Shown: positions 38,114 to 46,108 of the stretch, one piece after another | How positions within the stretch are numbered: the stretch's first letter is position 1 | Layout of the letters: every line of letters begins with the position of its first letter | DNA from: Bacteroidales bacterium | GTDB lineage: Bacteria; Bacteroidota; Bacteroidia; Bacteroidales; GWF2-35-48 | Assembly (NCBI GenBank): GCA_036171035.1 | Contig: JAVHQG010000200.1 | Location: forward strand, 1-46,108 | Length of the DNA stretch: 46,108 bases | Direction of reading: 5' to 3' | Translations under genes and position numbers: made by a program | Notes under the pieces: model-generated | What the model saw: only the letters and a program-made list of their open reading frames with translations | Database searches by the model: none | What the model was told of the DNA's origin: nothing

Positions 38114-38780
38114 ATTTCTTAATAAAAATATTCAAAATAATTCTGTAATCGTTTTTTTTAATGGTTGGGGAATGGATTCTAACATGCTTTCTCATTTAGA
38201 TTTTGCTGGATTTGATGTGATTGAATGTAACTCATATCATACCAATGGGCTATTTTTATTTGATGAATTAGAACGTTATGAAAAAAAATATTTGTTTGCA
38301 TATTCAATGGGAGTGTGGGCTGCAGCTAAAACGTTTGATTCGTATTCTGCTTTGTTCGATTTAAAAATTGCAATTGCCGGATCTATTTTTCCGGTTGATG
38401 ATTTGAATGGCATTCCTGTCTCTATTTTTACTGCAACATTGCAAAATTTATCACCAGTGACATTGGAGAAATTTAATTTAAGAATGTGTGGCAGTGAAGA
38501 AATTTTAAAATTTTATAAAAAAGTAAAACTTGATAGAGATTTTGATGATTGTAAGAGTGAACTGCAATTTATTTATAATCATTCTTTAACTAAAATGAAT
38601 AATTTTAATTTTGATACAGCCATTATTTCAAAGAATGATAAAATTTTTTCGGTGAATAATTTGAAATATAGTTTTTCTGATACAAAACAAATTTTTCTGG
38701 ATGCACCACATTTCCCGTTTTATTTATGGAAGTCATGGAATGATTTGTTGAATTTTGAAGTGTTGGTTGAAAATGAATAA
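38103..38780 (+). CDS. bioG: Pimeloyl-ACP methyl ester esterase BioG (DUF452)
   Basis: VIVFFNGWGMD, AYSMGVWAA and AIAGSIFPVDDLNGIPVSIFTATLQNLSPVTLEKFNLRMCG parallel Haemophilus BioG (FAGWG, AWSMGVW, AVNGTGLPCDDSFGIP...TLENLTEENRLKFERRICG) as I remember it. Confidence 0.8.
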   Translation: MKCKFLNKNIQNNSVIVFFNGWGMDSNMLSHLDFAGFDVIECNSYHTNGLFLFDELERYEKKYLFAYSMGVWAAAKTFDSYSALFDLKIAIAGSIFPVDDLNGIPVSIFTATLQNLSPVTLEKFNLRMCGSEEILKFYKKVKLDRDFDDCKSELQFIYNHSLTKMNNFNFDTAIISKNDKIFSVNNLKYSFSDTKQIFLDAPHFPFYLWKSWNDLLNFEVLVENE

Positions 38781-39525
38781 AAGTCTAATTAAACAAAGAT
38801 TTTCGCGAAGTCTTTATACTTATTCCGAACATGCTGTTGTGCAAAAAAATGTTGCATACAGGTTGGCTTATTTGGTTGAAAAATATGTAGGGAATAATTT
38901 CGATTCAGTCATGGAAATTGGTTGTGGTTCTGGCTTTTTAACAAGAAGAATATTGCAACAATTTAATGTCGAAAAATATTATTTAAATGATATTTCAGAA
39001 AAGTGTTTAGAAATTCTCGTTGATGAAGGTGAGCAAATTATTTCAGACATTATTGCTTTGCCGGGAGATGCAGAGTTGATAGATTTTCCCATTAAACTTG
39101 ATTTGATTATTAGTTCATCAACAATTCAATGGTTTGAAGATGTTGAAACTTTTTTTCATAAGGCAAATAAATTTTTAGGAGATAATTCTTATTTTATTTT
39201 TAGTACATATTCAAGTGAAAATTTTTCTGAAATTTTAAAATTAACAGGAATCGGAATCACATATCCTGATGTTGAAACAATATTAAAAAATCAGAATAAT
39301 TTTGAGATTTTACACGTTGAGAATAATGCTGAAACTTTGTTTTTTAATCAGCCATGCGACGTGTTGAAACATATGAAACAAACTGGGGTTAATGGCTTGT
39401 TTCAAACTGCTTGGACGCCATCTGTTCTTCGGAATTTTACCAATAATTATTCTTGTTTTTTTATTTCTGGTAAAGGTTACCCACTCACTTATTGCCCACA
39501 GTATTTTGTGTTGAAAAAACGATAA
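38773..39525 (+). CDS. bioC: Malonyl-ACP O-methyltransferase
   Basis: Contains IKQRFSRSLYTY..HAVVQ, the SAM motif I EIGCGSGFLT, and SSSTIQWF. Start set to ATG 38773, giving an 8-nt overlap with bioG. Confidence 0.8.
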   Translation: MNKSLIKQRFSRSLYTYSEHAVVQKNVAYRLAYLVEKYVGNNFDSVMEIGCGSGFLTRRILQQFNVEKYYLNDISEKCLEILVDEGEQIISDIIALPGDAELIDFPIKLDLIISSSTIQWFEDVETFFHKANKFLGDNSYFIFSTYSSENFSEILKLTGIGITYPDVETILKNQNNFEILHVENNAETLFFNQPCDVLKHMKQTGVNGLFQTAWTPSVLRNFTNNYSCFFISGKGYPLTYCPQYFVLKKR

Positions 39526-39538
39526 TTTTTTTTAAATA

Positions 39539-40219
39539 ATGAATAAAATATTTTTCATAAGTGGTATTGATACCAATTCAGGAAAGACAATTATAACAGG
39601 GCTTATTGCAAAATACTTGTTGCAAAATAAAAAAAATAGTATCACTCAAAAGTTGGTGCAAACAGGCTGTGTGGGGATTGCTGAGGACATCAGAGTTCAC
39701 AGAAAAATTATGGGCGTAGATTTATTTTCTGAAGACTTAAACCATATAACGTGTCCTTTTGTTTTCGGGCATCCATCATCGCCGGAATTATCTGCTTCTT
39801 TGGAGGGGAAAACAATAGATTTACAAATCATTCAGAATTCTACAAAGCAATTGCTCGAAAAGTTTCAGTATGTATTACTGGAAGGTGTAGGAGGCTTAAT
39901 GGTTCCCCTCACAAAAGATAAAATGGTTATTGATTTTATCAAAGAAAATAGTTATGATTTATTTTTGGTATCATCGCCAAAACTTGGCAGCATAAATCAT
40001 ACATTGCTTAGTATTGAAACCTGTTACAATTACAAAATTAAACTCAAAGCAGTGATTTATAATAATTATCCTGTTGCCGATAAATTGATTCTTGAAAATT
40101 CTCGAAATGCAATTAAAAAACATTTAAGTTTCAGATTCCCTGATGCACATTTTATAGATATTCCGGAAGTGGATTTTAATCAAATACCAAATATTAATTT
40201 TGAGCAGTTGTTAGTATAG
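39539..40219 (+). CDS. bioD: Dethiobiotin synthase
   Basis: Contains FFISGIDTNSGKT (P-loop), LLEGVGGLMVPL, and LGSINHTLLS. Confidence 0.9.
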   Translation: MNKIFFISGIDTNSGKTIITGLIAKYLLQNKKNSITQKLVQTGCVGIAEDIRVHRKIMGVDLFSEDLNHITCPFVFGHPSSPELSASLEGKTIDLQIIQNSTKQLLEKFQYVLLEGVGGLMVPLTKDKMVIDFIKENSYDLFLVSSPKLGSINHTLLSIETCYNYKIKLKAVIYNNYPVADKLILENSRNAIKKHLSFRFPDAHFIDIPEVDFNQIPNINFEQLLV

Positions 40220-40241
40220 ACCTAGTGTAAAACAAAGGGTT

Positions 40242-42098
<1,857 letters not shown>

Positions 42099-42106
42099 CT
42101 ACTTAT

Positions 42107-42148
42107 AACTTTTGTTCTTTGTCTTTTATCTTTTGTCTTTTGTCTTTA
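42107..42148. repeat. Heptamer tandem repeat, left arm (six units of RWCTTTT-like)
   Basis: Units are aactttt gttcttt gtctttt atctttt gtctttt gtcttta. They directly abut the left inverted repeat of the palindromic element. Confidence 0.8.
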
Positions 42149-42150
42149 AA

Positions 42151-42298
42151 CTTGAGCCCACTCCGAAAAGTCCAAAAAATATTTTCCAGCGATTTTTTGC
42201 CCTTGATCCCTGAAGGGAAATCGCTGAAAATCAGTGTGCCTTTAAAGTCCCCTTTAGGGGATTTAGGGGTTAAAAGACTTTTCGGAGTGGACTCAAAC
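42151..42298. repeat. Copy B of the ~148-bp palindromic MITE/REP-like element, with near-perfect terminal inverted repeats
   Basis: Terminal inverted repeats gagcccactccgaaaagtc / gacttttcggagtggactc (1 mismatch in 19). Nested internal inverted repeats cagcgattt...aaatcgctg, ccctt...aaggg, and tcccc-ttta-gggga. Homologous to 12270-12416. Confidence 0.85.
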
Positions 42299-42351
42299 TT
42301 TTATCTTTTAACTTTTAACTTTTATCTTTTAACTTTTATCTTTTATCTTTT
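42296..42351. repeat. Heptamer tandem repeat, right arm (eight units of AACTTTT/ATCTTTT)
   Basis: Units are aactttt atctttt aactttt aactttt atctttt aactttt atctttt atctttt. The array ends 1 nt before the thiS stop codon. Confidence 0.85.
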
Positions 42352-42352
42352 G

Positions 42353-42556
42353 TTACCCCCCCTGTGTTGCTCTAATAACTGTTATCTTGTCATTCTCTTT
42401 TAAAATATACTCACTCCAGGTTGCTTTGGGTATTACTGTATTATTTATTGCAATCGCTACACCTCTTTCAGCCTGAATTTGCTGTACTCCGAGCAACTCT
42501 GAAATAGAGATACCGTTAGTGATTTCTGTATGAATATTATTTAATAAAATTTTCAT
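42353..42556 (-). CDS. thiS: Sulfur-carrier protein ThiS
   Basis: 67 aa, ubiquitin-like size, C-terminal ...RATQGG diglycine. It is the first gene after the TPP riboswitch. Confidence 0.85.
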   Translation of the reverse strand: MKILLNNIHTEITNGISISELLGVQQIQAERGVAIAINNTVIPKATWSEYILKENDKITVIRATQGG

Positions 42557-42597
42557 TTAATAAAATATAAGTGGGTAACGGACAGGAGAGATATACG

Positions 42598-42669
42598 CTT
42601 TTCCCTACGTCGGCATTACCCGAATCAGGTTTTGTGGGTTTAATCTCAGCCTGTTTGGCACCCCAAAAG
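42598..42669 (-). promoter_or_regulatory. TPP (THI-box) riboswitch aptamer
   Basis: The minus strand reads CTTTTGGGGTGCCAAACAGGCTGAGATTAAACCCACAAAACCTGATTCGGGTAATGCCGACGTAGGGAAAAG. This contains GGGGTGC, GCTGAGA, ACCC, ACCTGAT..GG.TAATGCC and AGGGA in canonical order, with a CTTTT/AAAAG P1 stem. Confidence 0.9.
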
Positions 42670-42677
42670 TTTCACTA

Positions 42678-42685
42678 CAAATGTA
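42678..42685 (-). promoter_or_regulatory. Candidate -7 box (TACATTTG) driving the riboswitch-thiS-thiC transcript
   Basis: A TAnnTTTG match on the minus strand ends 8 nt upstream of the P1 stem. No clean -33 TTTG was seen. Confidence 0.45.
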
Positions 42686-42734
42686 GTATGCAATATTTAA
42701 TGTGGAATAAAATATTTGGAATAGTTATGAACAG

Positions 42735-43697
42735 TTATTTCACTTTATTTGTGATTGTTTTAATCCAACGAGCCATTTCATGTAAGCCTGCATCAAGCTC
42801 TGTTTCCGGATTATATCCAAGAATTTTCTGTGCTTTTGTTATATCAGCAAAAGTAACAGGCATTTCCCCATGATTTTTATCAATGAATTTTAATTTTGCT
42901 TTTTTCCCTAATACAGTTTCAATTTTAGATATTAAATCAATTAATTTTATCGGGCTGGAATTCCCAATATTAAAAACCGAATATTCTTCGGCAGTGTAAT
43001 CCATTGCTTTTCTGATACCTGTTACAATATCGCTCACATGTGTGTAATCACGCAATGTGAAACCTTTTCCATAAATTTGAATTTCCTTATCCATTAGGAT
43101 ATTCCACATAAATTTTCTGATTGCCAAATCGGGTCGTTGACGAGATCCATATACAGTAAAAAAACGGAGAATGCTTGTGTTAATCTGATATAGATGGCTG
43201 TAGGAATAGCATAGGGCTTCGGCTGCAATTTTTGTCGCTGCAAATGGTGATGCCGGTAATGCAATATGATCTGTTTCAGTAAATGGTGTTTTTTCATTTA
43301 GTCCATAAACGCAGCTTGATGAAGCATAAATAAATTTTTTTGGTTGGTAAATCCGCATGGCTTCAAGTACGTTAAGTGTACCAGCAATATTGGTTTGAAG
43401 ATATTCATCCGGTTTTTGAATGGAGTGGCTTACACCTGGTCGTACTGCCAGATGAATAACGATTTGCGGCTTATATATTGAAAGTGCTTCGGCAACTAGC
43501 TCTTTATCGGTTATGTCTCCTTTAACTAATTCGAAATCAATATTTGAGGCATGTTGCGAAATATTCTGTTTTTTCTCGTCAGAACTATAATAATTGTCAA
43601 AATTATCAACACAGATAACTTGAAAATTTTCTTTCAAAAGTCTATCTGTGAGATGACTTCCAATAAAGCCGGCACCACCTGTTATCAGTATTTTCAT
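42735..43697 (-). CDS. NAD-dependent nucleotide-sugar epimerase/dehydratase (extended SDR)
   Basis: MKILITGGAGFIGSHL Rossmann motif. ASSSCVYG and the catalytic YAATKIAAE (YxxxK). Confidence 0.85.
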   Translation of the reverse strand: MKILITGGAGFIGSHLTDRLLKENFQVICVDNFDNYYSSDEKKQNISQHASNIDFELVKGDITDKELVAEALSIYKPQIVIHLAVRPGVSHSIQKPDEYLQTNIAGTLNVLEAMRIYQPKKFIYASSSCVYGLNEKTPFTETDHIALPASPFAATKIAAEALCYSYSHLYQINTSILRFFTVYGSRQRPDLAIRKFMWNILMDKEIQIYGKGFTLRDYTHVSDIVTGIRKAMDYTAEEYSVFNIGNSSPIKLIDLISKIETVLGKKAKLKFIDKNHGEMPVTFADITKAQKILGYNPETELDAGLHEMARWIKTITNKVK

Positions 43698-43954
43698 AAA
43701 TAATTGTAATAAAATGTAAAAATATAAAAATAAACTTAACCGACTACATGAATTTAATTTGGGTACAGATATAAATCTCTATCAGCTATTTGCGATTTTT
43801 TAAAAAATCTCGTAGGTTTGAAAATAAATTTGAATACAAAATGAGACTAACATGTTAGCGAAAACACATACACAAATGAATTGCCGCAGACACTTGTGAA
43901 CAAAATAGCAAACATAGAGCTCCATTGGATCATTAAAAATAAAATTATTTATAG

Positions 43955-45475
43955 ATGAAAATAATTGTTTTTTGCTTTTTATGTCTTGTGCCCTGCATAT
44001 TTATTAAAGCACAATTGATAAAAATTCCTGTTCAGAAAAACATGACAGACCACAAAGTGAAAAATAATTTAAAGTTTGAACTAATTTCTGCTGAAATTGA
44101 AAGACTTAAAAATGATACATCCTTAAAAAATGCTTCAATTAGTTTTTTTGCATGGGATGTTGTGTCGAAAGAAATAATTGCTGCGTTAAATCCCGATCAA
44201 AGCCTGATTCCTGCATCAACGCTGAAAGTTGTTACAACTGCGGCTGCGCTTGAAATGCTGGGGAGTGATACTCGCTTTCGAACGACTGTTGAACATGATG
44301 GATTTATTGACACAATGGGCACACTGAATGGAAATATTTTTGTGCGTGGTGGAGGCGATCCCTGCCTTGGTTCAAGCATCTTTGAAAAAAAATATTACAA
44401 ACCTATTTTTTATAAAAATTGGACAGATTCTATAAAGAAGAAAATTAAAAAAATTAATGGATCTATCATTGCTGATGCCGATATTTTCGATGATCAAACT
44501 CCTTCCACATGGATTTGGGGCGATATGGCAAATTATTATGGTGCTACAGCTTATGGTATTTCTGTTTATGATAACATGTATTCAGTTTTTTTTAATACGG
44601 GAAAAGATAAAGGCGATTCTACAATGATTATTGGAACTGATCCGAATATCCCTAGTTTGTTTTTACAAAATAATGTAAAGACTTCCAATGAAACAAAAGA
44701 TAACTCGTATATTGTTGGTGCTCCTTTCGATTTATCGCGTAAGCTGTATGGATTTTTGCCTAAGGATAAAAACAAATTTAAAGTTCGTGGCTCAATCCCT
44801 GACCCTGCTCTTTTGGTTGCACAAGAACTACAAGCCTATCTTGATAGTGCCGGAGTGAAAGTGAGTAACAATGCAACATCAACCAGAATTGCTAATGAAA
44901 AGTTAACAGTTGCTAAAAATCGAATATTTCTCTGTGGCACATGGTCTCCAAGGATTGCAGATATTGTTTATTGGACAAATCATGTAAGTATGAATTTATA
45001 TGCCGAAACCTTTTTGAAACATATTGGATTAAAAAAATATGGAAGCGGTGATACATGGAGTGGGGCAAAGGCTCTCACTGAATTTTGGAAGAGCAAAGGA
45101 GTTGATACAAGAGGCATGTATCTGAATGATGGGAGTGGACTTTCAAGATATAATGCAATCTCGGCAAGGCAGATTGTACAAGTTTTGAGTTATATGAAAA
45201 CCTCAAAAAATTATGATATATTTTACAATTCACTTCCTACGGCCGGCCTTTCAGGTACAATCAGAAAAATGTTTAAAAATACAAATGCTGAAAAAAACCT
45301 GCGTGCTAAAAGTGGTTACATGTCACGCATACGAAGTTATGGTGGCTATGTGAAAACGCTATCGAATCGTGAGCTTGTATTCTCGTTGATTGTTAATAAC
45401 TACAATTGCAGCGATCAGGAAATGAAAGAAAAAATTGAATTGATTCTAGTAAAACTTGCTGATTTGAATGAATAA
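43955..45475 (+). CDS. dacB: D-alanyl-D-alanine carboxypeptidase/endopeptidase (PBP4, peptidase S13)
   Basis: Signal peptide present. PASTLKVVTTAAAL provides SxxK. Also contains DGSGLSRYN and KSGYM (KTG-like). Confidence 0.85.
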   Translation: MKIIVFCFLCLVPCIFIKAQLIKIPVQKNMTDHKVKNNLKFELISAEIERLKNDTSLKNASISFFAWDVVSKEIIAALNPDQSLIPASTLKVVTTAAALEMLGSDTRFRTTVEHDGFIDTMGTLNGNIFVRGGGDPCLGSSIFEKKYYKPIFYKNWTDSIKKKIKKINGSIIADADIFDDQTPSTWIWGDMANYYGATAYGISVYDNMYSVFFNTGKDKGDSTMIIGTDPNIPSLFLQNNVKTSNETKDNSYIVGAPFDLSRKLYGFLPKDKNKFKVRGSIPDPALLVAQELQAYLDSAGVKVSNNATSTRIANEKLTVAKNRIFLCGTWSPRIADIVYWTNHVSMNLYAETFLKHIGLKKYGSGDTWSGAKALTEFWKSKGVDTRGMYLNDGSGLSRYNAISARQIVQVLSYMKTSKNYDIFYNSLPTAGLSGTIRKMFKNTNAEKNLRAKSGYMSRIRSYGGYVKTLSNRELVFSLIVNNYNCSDQEMKEKIELILVKLADLNE

Positions 45476-45478
45476 AAA

Positions 45479-45994
45479 TTACTGTGATTTTTCCATACAA
45501 CTTGTAATTTCTCCGATATACATTTTATGGTAATCTTTCAATGGATAATTTGATAAGGGTGTGCTTACAATAAAATTCGATTTTTTAATGTCTTCAGAAT
45601 AGAGTTTTCTGCATTCCATAACCAGTCTTGCTTCTTTAAAATATATATTTCCTGTTTCTGTTTCAATGGAAGTAAGACCTATATTTTCCATTTTGTTTAT
45701 TTGTTTTCCGGATTTACTGCCGCAAAGGTTTAGAATATTTTTATATTTTTTTTCAAAAAAAGTCAGGGTAAAAAAAGCATGTTTTTCAGTAAACTGTAAT
45801 GTGTATCGTTGGGGTCTGATAAAAATATAAACAACAGGTTTGTTCCATAAAATGCCAAATCCACCCCACGAGGCAGTCATCATATTAAATGATTCTTTGT
45901 TGCCTGCTGTTATCAACATCCAGTCGTCATCAAGAAGGGTAAATGGGTTGTCACGAATTTCTTTTGGCGATTTTTTGATGAATAATTTTTCCAT
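45479..45994 (-). CDS. Flavin reductase-like FMN-binding domain protein
   Basis: PFTLLDDDWMLITAG...NMMTASWGGFGILWNKPVVYIFIRPQRYT resembles the flavin-reductase-like split-barrel family. Confidence 0.65.
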   Translation of the reverse strand: MEKLFIKKSPKEIRDNPFTLLDDDWMLITAGNKESFNMMTASWGGFGILWNKPVVYIFIRPQRYTLQFTEKHAFFTLTFFEKKYKNILNLCGSKSGKQINKMENIGLTSIETETGNIYFKEARLVMECRKLYSEDIKKSNFIVSTPLSNYPLKDYHKMYIGEITSCMEKSQ

Positions 45995-46015
45995 TTTTGA
46001 GAGTGTTAAAAAAAA

Positions 46016-46047
46016 CCGACTCTATTTTGAGTCGGTTTCTCATCATT
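46016..46047 (-). terminator. Rho-independent terminator of an upstream minus-strand gene lying beyond the window
   Basis: On the minus strand: aaccgactc-aaaata-gagtcggtt followed by T8. Located 22 nt upstream of the flavin-reductase-like gene start. Confidence 0.6.
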
Positions 46048-46108
46048 GTTTGATATTATTTAGTTCTTGTAAGAAAACTCAGTGTCAGATAAGAAAATGT
46101 CAAGAATG

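Noticed and set aside
42107-42351. Whether the repeated short units flanking a unique segment could be a CRISPR array.
   Set aside because: The units are 7 nt and directly tandem with no spacers, there are no cas genes, and the central segment is itself a repeat copy. This is a microsatellite plus a MITE-like element.
42119-42403. A 94-aa plus-strand ORF (…PLKSPLGDLGV…FYLLTFNFYLLTF…).
   Set aside because: It is a translation of the palindromic repeat plus the heptamer microsatellite and overlaps the thiS 3' end. The copy at 12270-12416 does not keep the frame open, so it is not a gene.

Overview
This is an AT-rich chromosomal segment that looks like a Bacteroidota genome. Supporting signs are TAnnTTTG-type -7 promoter boxes, a FISUMP lipoprotein, a DUF5686/CarboxypepD_reg outer-membrane protein, a BioG-type biotin pathway and an anaerobe-type ThiH thiazole pathway. 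All calls rest on motif recognition by eye, since no searches could be run.

Gene content in window order:
- Two outer-membrane proteins, a FISUMP lipoprotein and tRNA-His(GTG).
- Prolyl oligopeptidase followed by a DUF2148 protein.
- A small envelope-polysaccharide cluster: two tandem Wzz-like co-polymerase paralogues, an O-antigen-ligase/Wzy_C protein and an FkbM methyltransferase.
- A decayed VapBC-like toxin-antitoxin pair whose PIN toxin carries an in-frame TAG.
- moaA-moeA, icd, and a 2008-aa hybrid sensor kinase with an N-terminal TPR array and nine PAS domains.
- A phosphohexomutase, rfbD, a LipL32-family secreted protein, sucC, a TrmH/SpoU methyltransferase, a large lipoprotein and a deoxynucleoside kinase.
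- Thiamine genes in two blocks on the minus strand: TPP riboswitch-thiS-thiC, and tenI-like-thiD-thiE-thiG-thiH. A complete plus-strand bioB-bioA-bioF-bioG-bioC-bioD operon separates them.
- An NAD-dependent epimerase, a PBP4-type DD-peptidase and a flavin-reductase-like protein.

I see no CRISPR array, integrase, transposase, prophage or recognisable defence-system genes, and I cannot point to a clearly novel multi-gene system.

The most unusual items:
1. A ~148-bp MITE/REP-like palindromic element sits in the thiS-thiC spacer, embedded in a heptamer microsatellite. A second copy lies next to the toxin-antitoxin locus.
2. The thi operon is split by the bio operon, with convergent stop codons 22 bp apart.
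3. There is a homologue of LipL32, the Leptospira surface lipoprotein.
4. The nine-PAS kinase shows internal module duplication.
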